This document shows positions 54,243-62,799 of a DNA stretch of 64,000 nt, one piece after another. Under the pieces are notes generated by a model that was not told the DNA's origin, did no database searches, and was given only the letters and a program-made list of their open reading frames with translations. The stretch is taken from the NCBI RefSeq assembly GCF_963518615.1, contig NZ_CAUQKC010000001.1, one strand, 5' to 3'. The first letter of the stretch is position 1. The number at the start of each line of letters is the position of its first letter. This DNA is from an uncultured Leifsonia sp. (GTDB lineage: Bacteria; Actinomycetota; Actinomycetes; Actinomycetales; Microbacteriaceae). Both the position numbers and the translations under genes were made by a program.

Positions 54243-55368
54243 GATAGCGGACCCTGCTGAGGCCGATCGTGAACCGCAGCGCGAGCGCGAGCAGGGTGGA
54301 GACGAGGAACGAGCCGATCAGCACGGCGAAACCGGCGATCCCCTGCGCGGTGAACAGGTCGAAGTTGCCGCTGTAGACCATGCCGCCGCCGGTGCCGAAC
54401 AGCCCGACGAACAGCAGCCCGACCAGGCTCGCAGCCGTCGTGATCACGGTCAGCGTCATGGCCGCGCCGAACCGGGCGCGCGCGGCGACGTCGACCATCG
54501 TCGCGCACGCGAGCGCCGCGAGCGCACCGAGCAGCAGCGCCCAGCCGATCGTCAGCACGCCGGACGCCGGCGTGATCGCGACCAGGCCCGCGAAGGCGCC
54601 GCAGAACGCGCTCACCAGGGTCGGCCGCCGCAGCAGCACCCGGTCGACGAGCATCCACATCAGGCAGCCGCTCGCCGATGCCAGGAACGCGTTGACGGCG
54701 ATGAGCGGCGTGAACCGGTCCAGCGCCCCTTCCGAGCCGGTCGCCAGACCCAGCCAGCCGACCCAGACCAGAGCGCCGCCGATCGCCACCAGCGGCATGC
54801 TCCTGACCCCGGCGGCGGGATGCTCGGCCCGCCCGCAGGCCAGGATGATGCCGGCGGCGGCGGCCCCCGCGGCGATGCCGACCGGCAGCGCACCGCCGAA
54901 GTCGATCGCCCCGAGGCCGGACACGGCCCAGCCGTCGTCCAGGGCGAACACCGCGTAGCCGGCGGGGAACAGCACGAGCGGGCACCACAGCACCACGAAC
55001 ACGATCCAGGCGCGGAAGGCGATCCGGGAGGCGACCGCGACGCCGACGATCGTCACCGACACCGCGCACACCGCGAGCAGGTAGCCGGCTCTGGCAAGCG
55101 GGTACACGCCGTGGACCGACGCGAGGCCGGGGTCGGGACGGCCGATCAGCTGCGCGACGAGCGGGTCGCCGACCAGCATTCCGATGCCGCCGAGCACGCC
55201 GAGCAGCACCACGATCGCGGTTCCCGTCGCCGCGAACCGCACGGTCCTCGCGGTGCCGACGCTGCCGGAGAGACCGCCGACGAAGAACGCCAGGCCGGGG
55301 ACGATCAGGAGCGTCAGCGCGCCGCACACGAACAGCAGCAGCGCATCCACCTGCTGGCTCGTCGCCAT
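54163..55368 (-). CDS. Divergent ammonium-transporter-family (Amt/Mep/Rh) paralog lacking the twin-histidine motif
   Basis: 401 aa. Alignable by eye with the canonical AmtB next door (LLIVPGLAFFVGG; AIDFGGALPVGIAAG; GLVAITPASG), but both pore histidines are substituted. Confidence 0.75.
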   Translation of the reverse strand: MATSQQVDALLLFVCGALTLLIVPGLAFFVGGLSGSVGTARTVRFAATGTAIVVLLGVLGGIGMLVGDPLVAQLIGRPDPGLASVHGVYPLARAGYLLAVCAVSVTIVGVAVASRIAFRAWIVFVVLWCPLVLFPAGYAVFALDDGWAVSGLGAIDFGGALPVGIAAGAAAAGIILACGRAEHPAAGVRSMPLVAIGGALVWVGWLGLATGSEGALDRFTPLIAVNAFLASASGCLMWMLVDRVLLRRPTLVSAFCGAFAGLVAITPASGVLTIGWALLLGALAALACATMVDVAARARFGAAMTLTVITTAASLVGLLFVGLFGTGGGMVYSGNFDLFTAQGIAGFAVLIGSFLVSTLLALALRFTIGLSRVRYRARRGIPDPERAVEAVRSEGPSAGAH

Positions 55369-55430
55369 CCCGCTCCCTCGCTCTCGACGCCTCCCTCACC
55401 TTAGCGACCCGAGCCGCGCCGCCATCCCTT

Positions 55431-55478
55431 CCGGAGTTCTTCACGCAACACGCCGGCGCACGGCGTGAACAACTCCGG
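55431..55478. promoter_or_regulatory. 16-bp inverted repeat (1 mismatch) with 16-bp spacer in the amtB / Amt-paralog spacer
   Basis: CCGGAGTTCTTCACGC-N16-GCGTGAACAACTCCGG. Could be an RNA stem-loop or a dimeric operator. Confidence 0.4.
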
Positions 55479-55583
55479 AAGCGATGGCTTGCTACGACCG
55501 GAACGCCTCCCGCCGGACGCGACGAGGGGCGCCACCCGAAGGTGACGCCCCTGTCTCCGACGCGCCGGGTCATCGGCGACGCG

Positions 55584-56846
55584 TCAGACCGTCTCGAGCG
55601 AGTACCCCTCCTCGCCGTGGACGATGGTGTCGACGCCCGCGAGCTCGTCCTCGTTCGTGATCCGGAAGCCCATGGTCTTCTGGATGATCCAGCCGATCGC
55701 GTAGGCCAGCACGAAGGAGTAGATCAGCACGCTGAACGCGCCGATGGCCTGGGCGCCGAGCTGGCTCCAGCTGCCGCCGTAGAGCAGGCTGGTGAACTTG
55801 CCGTCCACCTGGGTGTAGCCGAAGAAGCCGATCCAGAGCGTACCGATCAGGCCGCCGACCAGGTGGATGCCGACGACGTCGAGCGAGTCGTCGAAGCCGA
55901 GCCGGAACTTGAGGTCCACCGCGATGGCGCACACCGCACCGGCGACGAGGCCGAGCACGATCGCCCAGAACGGGGTCAGGATGTTACAGGCCGGGGTGAT
56001 GGCGACCAGACCGGCCACGGCGCCGGACGCGGCACCGATCGAGGTGGGCTTGCCGTCCTTGATCTTCTCGACGATCAGCCAGCCGATGGTCGCGGCGGCC
56101 GGCGCGGCCAGGGTGTTCACCCAGGCGATCGCGGCGATGCCGTCGACCGCGGCCTCGGAGCCCGCGTTGAAACCGAACCAGCCGAACCACAGCAGCGCGG
56201 CGCCGAGCAGGGTGAGCGGCACGTTGTGCGGCTTGCTCATGCCCTTCTGGAAGCCGACGCGCTTGCCGAGCACCAGGGCGAGGGCGAGGCCGGCCGCACC
56301 GGCGTTGATGTGCACCGCCGTGCCGCCCGCGAAGTCGTTGACGTGCAGGAGGGAGGCGATCCAGCCCTGCGAGAGGTTGAACACCCAGAACGCGACCGGG
56401 AAGTAGACGATCGTGACCCAGACGCCGGCGAACACCATCCAGGAGCCGAACTTGGCGCGGTCGGCGATCGCGCCGGAGATCAGGGCGACCGTGATGATGG
56501 CGAACGTCGCCTGGAAGCCGGCGAAGGCGAGGCCGCTGAGGTCGGGGGTCATGCCGTCCTTGCCCATCAGGCTGGACAGGAACCAGTCCGGGGTCCCCAG
56601 GACGTGCGGGATGAGCGGGGTGCCGAAGGCCAGGCCGTAGCCGTAGAAGACCCAGAGCACGCCAACGATCGCCATGGCGCCGAAGCTCATCATCATCATC
56701 GAGATGACGCTCTTCGCGCGGACCATGCCGCCGTAGAAGAAGGCGACACCGGGGGTCATCAACAGGACGAGGGCTGCGGCGACGAGCAGCCACAGGGAGT
56801 TGACCGTCCCTGCTTCTGCGTAGTCCGCTGCTGTGTGGAACACCAT
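55584..56846 (-). CDS. amtB: Ammonium transporter
   Basis: 420 aa. LLMTPGVAFFYGGMVR, DFAGGTAVHINAG, WFGWFGFNAGS, VVGIHLVGG (twin-His present). Confidence 0.95.
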   Translation of the reverse strand: MVFHTAADYAEAGTVNSLWLLVAAALVLLMTPGVAFFYGGMVRAKSVISMMMMSFGAMAIVGVLWVFYGYGLAFGTPLIPHVLGTPDWFLSSLMGKDGMTPDLSGLAFAGFQATFAIITVALISGAIADRAKFGSWMVFAGVWVTIVYFPVAFWVFNLSQGWIASLLHVNDFAGGTAVHINAGAAGLALALVLGKRVGFQKGMSKPHNVPLTLLGAALLWFGWFGFNAGSEAAVDGIAAIAWVNTLAAPAAATIGWLIVEKIKDGKPTSIGAASGAVAGLVAITPACNILTPFWAIVLGLVAGAVCAIAVDLKFRLGFDDSLDVVGIHLVGGLIGTLWIGFFGYTQVDGKFTSLLYGGSWSQLGAQAIGAFSVLIYSFVLAYAIGWIIQKTMGFRITNEDELAGVDTIVHGEEGYSLETV

Positions 56847-56968
56847 GCGAGATCTCTACCTCTCTGTGCGACGCCCCTCGTGGGGCGCCCGGCGAGCCTT
56901 CGCCGGGCAGGGGCGCTTCGGGGTGGAGTCAGTCTGATCGCGGCAGGTTTCGGCCGCGGGAGCACCGT

Positions 56969-56984
56969 GTTTCGGCGGTGTTAC
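56969..56984 (-). promoter_or_regulatory. Candidate GlnR box (GTAAC-N6-GAAAC) upstream of amtB
   Basis: The minus strand reads GTAACaccgccGAAAC 123-138 nt upstream of the amtB start. Further GAAAC/TTTAC half-sites are at 56947-56951, 57000-57004 and 57011-57015. Confidence 0.45.
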
Positions 56985-57064
56985 GCATCGGGGGGTCGTG
57001 TAAACAGCATGTTTCGCGGCGCCGCGAATCGGCCGCGCGAACGCCAGGGAACGCCCGGGTGCGC

Positions 57065-58120
57065 CTACGCGTCGTGCGGCGGCAGCTCGCCCGCGGTCAG
57101 CGCGATCATGCGCGAGATCGAGCGCAGGTACTTCTTGCGGTAGCCGCCGCCCAGCATGTCGTCGTCGAAGACCTCGCTGAGTGCGACCCCGGTCTGCACG
57201 ATCGGGATCTCGGCGTCGTACACGCGGTCGATGAACGCCACCAGGCGCAGGGCCGCCATCTGGTCGTGCAGCACGGAGACGCCAGTGAGGCCGATCACGT
57301 CCACGCCGTCCAGCATCTTGATGTAGCGGGACGGGTGCACGGTCGCCAGGTGCGCGATCAGGTCGTCGAAGCTGTCGCTGGTCACGGTCTCGCCGCGCGC
57401 GGTCATGGCGGACAGCACGCGCTCGTAGCCCGCGTCGTCCACCGTCACCGCGGCGCCGGAGGTGTCGCGGCGCCGGTAGTCGAGGCCGTCGATGCGCAGC
57501 GTCTGGAAGTTGGCGGACAGCGACTGGATCTCGCGCAGGAAGTCGCTCGCGGCGAAGCGGCCCTCGCCGAGCGCGTTCGGCGGGGTGTTGCTGGTGGCGG
57601 CGATGCGGGTGCCGGAGGCGACGAGCTCGCCGAGCATCCTGGTCATCATCATCGTGTCGCCCGGGTCGTCCAGCTCGAACTCGTCGATGCAGATCAGGGT
57701 GGAGCCGCGCAGCAGGTCGACGGCGCCTGCGTAGCCGAGCGCGCCGACGAGCGCGGTGTACTCGATGAAGGTGCCGAAGTACTTGGGGCCGGGCGCCTCG
57801 TGCCAGAGGGCGGCGAGCAGGTGCGTCTTGCCGACGCCGAAGCCACCGTCGAGGTAGACGCCCGGCTTCATCGCCTCCACCTTCTTACGGCTGCGGCTGA
57901 ACAGACCGGCCGGGCGCTGCGGCTCCCACGACTTGGCGAACAGCTTGAGGGTCGACACCGCCTCCGACTGCGACGGGTAGTCGTGGTCGGGACGGTAGGA
58001 GTCGAAGGTGGCGTGCTCGAACTGCGACGGGGGCACCAGGCTCGCGGCGATCTCGGACCCGGTGATCTGCGGCGAGCGGTCCGCGAGGCGCGGCAGGGCT
58101 CCGGTCTTCTCGAGCGTCAT
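57065..58120 (-). CDS. zapE: Cell division protein ZapE (AFG1-like ATPase)
   Basis: ATG at 58120, 351 aa. Walker A GGFGVGKTHLLAA, Walker B LICIDEFELDD. The upstream part of ORF 57065..58438 is non-coding or a shadow. Confidence 0.85.
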   Translation of the reverse strand: MTLEKTGALPRLADRSPQITGSEIAASLVPPSQFEHATFDSYRPDHDYPSQSEAVSTLKLFAKSWEPQRPAGLFSRSRKKVEAMKPGVYLDGGFGVGKTHLLAALWHEAPGPKYFGTFIEYTALVGALGYAGAVDLLRGSTLICIDEFELDDPGDTMMMTRMLGELVASGTRIAATSNTPPNALGEGRFAASDFLREIQSLSANFQTLRIDGLDYRRRDTSGAAVTVDDAGYERVLSAMTARGETVTSDSFDDLIAHLATVHPSRYIKMLDGVDVIGLTGVSVLHDQMAALRLVAFIDRVYDAEIPIVQTGVALSEVFDDDMLGGGYRKKYLRSISRMIALTAGELPPHDA

Positions 58121-58244
58121 GTGAGCGTGTGCACCTTTGTGTCGAAGTCTTAAGGGGACCGTCCATCCGCCCGCCGAGCCGCGTAGCCTGGAGGACGCAT
58201 CCCTGATGTCGCAGGGCTCAAGCCTAACCCGGAGGATCACTCGC

Positions 58245-59153
58245 ATGGCCATCGCGCACGACCCGTCACCCGCCTTCGCCGGATACGCCCACCCGGAGCG
58301 TCTGGTGAGCACCGAATGGCTGGCGGAGCACCTCGGCGACGACGGCCTGGTCGTGGTGGAGTCGGACGAGGACGTGCTGCTGTACGACACCGGCCACATC
58401 CCCGGCGCCGTGAAGATCGACTGGCACACCGACCTCAACGACCCGGTCGTGCGCGACTACGTGAGCGCTGAGCGGTTCGCCGAGCTGCTCGGCTCGAAGG
58501 GCATCGCCAGGGACACGACGGTCGTCATCTACGGCGACAAGAACAACTGGTGGGCGGCGTACGCGCTCTGGGTGTTCACGCTGTTCGGGCACGAGGACGT
58601 CCGGCTGCTCGACGGCGGACGGGACAAGTGGATCGCAGAGGGCAGGGAGCTGACCCGCGACGTCCCCTCCCCCGCCGCGGTCGAGTACCCCGTGGTGGAG
58701 CGCGACGACAGCGTCGTGCGCGCCTTCAAGGAGGACGTGCTGGAGCACCTCGGGAAGCCTCTGATCGACGTCCGCTCGCCCGAGGAATACAGCGGCGAGC
58801 GCACCGAGATCCCCGGCTACCCGACCGAGGGCGCGCTGCGGGCCGGGCACATCCCGTCCGCCCAGTCCGTGCCGTGGGCGCGGGCGGCCGCGCCGGACGC
58901 GACCTTCAAGCGGCGCCCGGAGCTGGAGGAGATCTACCTCGGCGACGCCGGCCTGAAGCCGGGCGACGAGGTCATCGCGTACTGCCGCATCGGCGAGCGC
59001 TCCAGCCACACCTGGTTCGTGCTCACCCACCTGCTCGGCTTCGAGAACGTCCGCAACTACGACGGCTCGTGGACGGAGTGGGGCTCCGCGGTCCGCGTGC
59101 CGATCGTCACCGGGTCGGAGCCCGGCGAGGTTCCCGCGAACCCGGCGAAGTGA
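58245..59153 (+). CDS. sseA: Thiosulfate/3-mercaptopyruvate sulfurtransferase (tandem rhodanese)
   Basis: ATG at 58245 follows GGAGGA, 302 aa. Active-site CRIGERSS in the second rhodanese domain. Confidence 0.88.
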   Translation: MAIAHDPSPAFAGYAHPERLVSTEWLAEHLGDDGLVVVESDEDVLLYDTGHIPGAVKIDWHTDLNDPVVRDYVSAERFAELLGSKGIARDTTVVIYGDKNNWWAAYALWVFTLFGHEDVRLLDGGRDKWIAEGRELTRDVPSPAAVEYPVVERDDSVVRAFKEDVLEHLGKPLIDVRSPEEYSGERTEIPGYPTEGALRAGHIPSAQSVPWARAAAPDATFKRRPELEEIYLGDAGLKPGDEVIAYCRIGERSSHTWFVLTHLLGFENVRNYDGSWTEWGSAVRVPIVTGSEPGEVPANPAK

Positions 59154-59179
59154 CCGGCTCCGCGAAGTACGCTGGAGGG

Positions 59180-59614
59180 ATGACCGACCTCACCGGCACG
59201 CTCGCGGAGATCCGCGACGACTTCCAGGCTCTGGAGCAGAACGACAGGCTCCAGCTGCTGCTGGAGTTCTCGGACGAGCTCCCGGAGCTGCCGGAGCGCT
59301 ACCGCGACCACCCCGACCTGCTGGAGCGCGTCGAGGAGTGCCAGGCGCCGGTGTTCATCTTCGTCGAGGTGGACGCGGCCGGGATCGTGCACCTGTACGC
59401 GACCGCACCGAAAGAAGCGCCGACCACGCGCGGCTTCGCGTCGATCCTGGTGCAGGGTCTGGCCGGGTTGACCACGGACGAGGTGCTCGCCGTCCCCGAC
59501 GACTTCCCGCAGACCCTCGGTCTGACCCAGGCGGTCTCGCCGCTGCGCATGCGCGGGATGTCCGCGCTGCTCGGCCGCGCCAAGCGCCAGGTCCGCCAGA
59601 AGCTCGCCGCCTGA
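59180..59614 (+). CDS. SufE-like sulfur acceptor protein
   Basis: ATG at 59180, 144 aa. RLQLLLEFSDELP...VEECQAPVFIF (conserved Cys). Confidence 0.8.
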   Translation: MTDLTGTLAEIRDDFQALEQNDRLQLLLEFSDELPELPERYRDHPDLLERVEECQAPVFIFVEVDAAGIVHLYATAPKEAPTTRGFASILVQGLAGLTTDEVLAVPDDFPQTLGLTQAVSPLRMRGMSALLGRAKRQVRQKLAA

Positions 59615-59647
59615 CGCCGCCCCGCGCGGGTGACGGCACGTGGCCGG

Positions 59648-60844
59648 CTAGGCCACGTGGGTGTCCAGCCAGTCGCGGACGGCCCTCGTCCACTTCTCCT
59701 CGTCGTAGTTCCAGAGCTTGGTGTGCAGCGCGCCCGTGAACGGCACGAACGTGACGATGTCGCTGCGGGCCGTGGCGAGCGCCCGCGACCCGTTGTCCGG
59801 CACGAAGCCGTCGTCCGAGCTGTGCAGCAGCAGGACCGGGAGCCGCAGGTCGGCCGCGCGCGCCACGAAGTCCATGCTGGCCAGGTCGATCGGTGCGCCG
59901 AGGCCGGTGATCGGCGCGCCCCAGGTCGCCTCCATCAGCCGCATCGCGCCCTGCGCGATCGGCTCGGGCAGGCGCAGCAGGTTGGCCTGGTACTGGAGGG
60001 TGTCCACCCAGTCGATCACCGGCGACTCCAGCACCATGCCGGTGACCAGGTCCAGATTCGGCGAGCGCGTGACCGTCTGCAGCACAACGGCGCCGCCCAT
60101 CGACCACCCCATCAGCACGATCGAGCGCGCGCCGTGCTCTGCCGCGTAGCGGAGGGCCGCGTCGATGTCCCGCCACTCCGTGCCGCCGAGGCCGTAGCGG
60201 CGGTCGGCGCTCTCCGGGGCGTCGCCGTCGTTGCGGTAGGACGCGAGCAGACTGGTGTACCCGGCCGCGTGGAACGTCGGCACCGCGCGCAGCGCCTCCT
60301 GCCGGGTGGCTCCCCAGCCGTGCACCTGGATCACCCAGCGGTCGCCCCCCGCGCCCTCGGGCGCAGGGAACAGCCAGGCCGGCGCCTCGCCCAGCTCGGT
60401 CGGCACCCGGACGCTCGTGACCGGCAGGCCGAGCTCCTCCGGGTCGAGGTAGTAGTAGCCGCTGATCCGCGCCCGTCCGGGACGCAGGTCCCCGAACTCG
60501 ACGCGCTCCAGCTCGCGCGTGACGCTGCCGTCGGCGCGCACGAGCAGGCCGCCGACCTTTGCGTAGCCGGTCTCGGAGCCGAACCACAGCCCGAACCGGC
60601 CGGGCATCGCCGCGTCCGGAGTGTCCTTCAGGGTGACCGTGCCGAGGTCCTCGTCCGCCCTCCGGATCAGCTGGTTCTGCGGACGGCGCCGCACCGGGGT
60701 GATCACCGTCAGGGCGACGCGGCTCATCACCAGCGCGGTGCCCATCGCCGTCACCAGCGCGAGTCCCGCCGCGATCGCGGCGCCGACGCCGATCGCACGT
60801 CCGAGTCCCCTACCCCTGCCCGATCCCGTGCTGGTCGTCGCCAT
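59648..60844 (-). CDS. Membrane-anchored alpha/beta hydrolase
   Basis: 398 aa. N-terminal TM helix, nucleophile elbow LMGWSMGG, C-terminal Asp/His region. Confidence 0.8.
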   Translation of the reverse strand: MATTSTGSGRGRGLGRAIGVGAAIAAGLALVTAMGTALVMSRVALTVITPVRRRPQNQLIRRADEDLGTVTLKDTPDAAMPGRFGLWFGSETGYAKVGGLLVRADGSVTRELERVEFGDLRPGRARISGYYYLDPEELGLPVTSVRVPTELGEAPAWLFPAPEGAGGDRWVIQVHGWGATRQEALRAVPTFHAAGYTSLLASYRNDGDAPESADRRYGLGGTEWRDIDAALRYAAEHGARSIVLMGWSMGGAVVLQTVTRSPNLDLVTGMVLESPVIDWVDTLQYQANLLRLPEPIAQGAMRLMEATWGAPITGLGAPIDLASMDFVARAADLRLPVLLLHSSDDGFVPDNGSRALATARSDIVTFVPFTGALHTKLWNYDEEKWTRAVRDWLDTHVA

Positions 60845-60945
60845 GCTCGAAAGCGTAGCCGCGGATACGCGGGTGCATCCTCAGGACTTCCTCAGGCGGC
60901 GTGCCTTACCGTCGCGCGCCCTTAAAGGCTTCTAATGTTCGTAGC

Positions 60946-61539
60946 GTGCCGACACCAACTTCGACCCCGCCCGTGCCGGTGGAGTTCGCCGCGGCGCTGC
61001 AGTCGATCCGCACAGCGAAATCCCGCAGCGAGCTCGTGATCACGGAGATCCCCGCACCGGGGCAGCTCGCGCCGCACGCCGTCGCGCTCGCCGCCGACGT
61101 GCACCCCGTCCGGCACGGGGACGACTCCGACCTCGGCACCGGCCGGTTCATCCTGCTCTACGACCCGGACGAGCCGGAGGCGTGGGGCGGTCCGTTCCGC
61201 ATCGTCTGCTTCGCGCAGGCGCCGCTGGAGACCGACATCGGCCTCGACCCGTTCCTCGCGGACGTCGCCTGGTCATGGCTCGTCGACGCGCTCGACGCCA
61301 GGGATGCGCGGTACACCGCGGCGAGCGGCACGGCCACCAAGATCATCTCGACCGGCTTCGGCGAGCTCGCCAAGCAGGGCGACGGCGCGCAGATCGAGCT
61401 TCGCGCCTCGTGGAGCCCGCTGGAGAGCGACATCGCCGCGCACGTCGAGGGCTGGGGCGAGCTGCTGTGCATGCTCGCCGGCCTGCCCCCGGCGGGAGAG
61501 GGCGTCAGCCTGCTCACGAGGCGGACACCGCGTGGCTGA
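60946..61539 (+). CDS. DUF3000 domain-containing protein
   Basis: GTG at 60946, 197 aa. GRFILLYDPDEPEAWGGPFRIVCFAQAPLE. Conserved partner of rnd in actinobacteria. Confidence 0.75.
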   Translation: MPTPTSTPPVPVEFAAALQSIRTAKSRSELVITEIPAPGQLAPHAVALAADVHPVRHGDDSDLGTGRFILLYDPDEPEAWGGPFRIVCFAQAPLETDIGLDPFLADVAWSWLVDALDARDARYTAASGTATKIISTGFGELAKQGDGAQIELRASWSPLESDIAAHVEGWGELLCMLAGLPPAGEGVSLLTRRTPRG

Positions 61540-62728
61540 TCACATCGTCATCGACTCGCGTGCGGGATACCTCGCCGCGGTCGAGACCATCGTCGCGGGC
61601 ACGGGGCCGGTCGCCGTCGACGCCGAGCGCGCGAGCGGCTTCCGCTACTCCCAGCGCGCCTACCTCATCCAGATGTACCGCAGGGGTTCCGGCACGTTCC
61701 TCTTCGATCCGCCGGCGATCGGCCGCTTCGACGAGCTGAACACGGCGATCCACGACGACGAGTGGGTGCTGCACGCCGCCACCCAGGACCTCACCTGCCT
61801 GCGCGAGGTCGGGCTCGACCCGGCGCGCATCTTCGACACGGAGCTGGCAGCCCGGCTGCTCGGGATGCCGCGCGTCGGCCTCGGGACGGTCGTCGAGGAG
61901 CTGCTCGGCATCCACCTCGCCAAGGAGCACAGCGCGGCCGACTGGTCCACGCGCCCGCTGCCGGAGCCGTGGCTGAACTACGCGGCGCTGGATGTGGAGC
62001 TGCTCCCCGACCTGCGCGATGCGATCGACGCGCTCCTGGTCGAGGCGGGCAAGGAGGACATCGCGCACCAGGAGTTCGCCGACGAGCTCACGCGCGAGCT
62101 GATCACCGTGCGCCGCGAGCCCTGGCGCCGCCTCTCCGGCATCCACTCGGTCCGCGGCATCCGCAACCTGGCTGTGGCGCGCGAGCTCTGGCTGAGCAGG
62201 GACGCGCTGGCCCGCGAGCTGGACGTCGCGCCGGGGCGCCTCGTGCCGGACGCGGCGCTGACCGCCGTCGCCAAGGCGATGCCGGAGAGCAAGCGCGCCC
62301 TCGCCGCGCTGCGGGAGTTCACCGGCCGCGCCAGCCGCACCGAGCTGGACCGCTGGTGGGCGGCCGTCGAGGCCGGGCGCACGACCGACGACCTCCCCGT
62401 GCTGCGCGGAACCGGCGACAGCCTGCCTCCGCCGCGCGCCTGGGCGGACAGGAACCCGGAGGCGGACGCGCGGCTGAAGGCCGCGCGCGCCGAGCTGACC
62501 GCGGTCGCCGAGGAGCTGTCGCTGCCGCTGGAGAACCTGCTCACCCCGGAGACGCTGCGCCGCATCGCGTGGACGCCGCCGCAGCCGATCACCCCGGAGA
62601 CGGTCGCGGACGCCCTCCGCGAGCACGGCGCGCGGCCCTGGCAGATTGAGGCAACCTCACAGGTGATCGCCCGGGCGTTTGTGGAAAGCGTGCAAAGCCC
62701 GGACGCGGGCTCCGAGGCCGTTTCGTAG
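61532..62728 (+). CDS. rnd: Ribonuclease D-like 3'-5' exonuclease with HRDC domain
   Basis: GTG at 61532 overlaps the DUF3000 stop, 398 aa. DEDD motifs (VAVDAERASGFRY, HAATQDL, YAALDVE). Confidence 0.88.
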   Translation: MADHIVIDSRAGYLAAVETIVAGTGPVAVDAERASGFRYSQRAYLIQMYRRGSGTFLFDPPAIGRFDELNTAIHDDEWVLHAATQDLTCLREVGLDPARIFDTELAARLLGMPRVGLGTVVEELLGIHLAKEHSAADWSTRPLPEPWLNYAALDVELLPDLRDAIDALLVEAGKEDIAHQEFADELTRELITVRREPWRRLSGIHSVRGIRNLAVARELWLSRDALARELDVAPGRLVPDAALTAVAKAMPESKRALAALREFTGRASRTELDRWWAAVEAGRTTDDLPVLRGTGDSLPPPRAWADRNPEADARLKAARAELTAVAEELSLPLENLLTPETLRRIAWTPPQPITPETVADALREHGARPWQIEATSQVIARAFVESVQSPDAGSEAVS

Positions 62729-62799
62729 AAACAGTCAAACGATTATTTCCGTCCCTTCCGGCTCCCTAGGATCGTTCACGACCTGATTTGGGAGGCACT

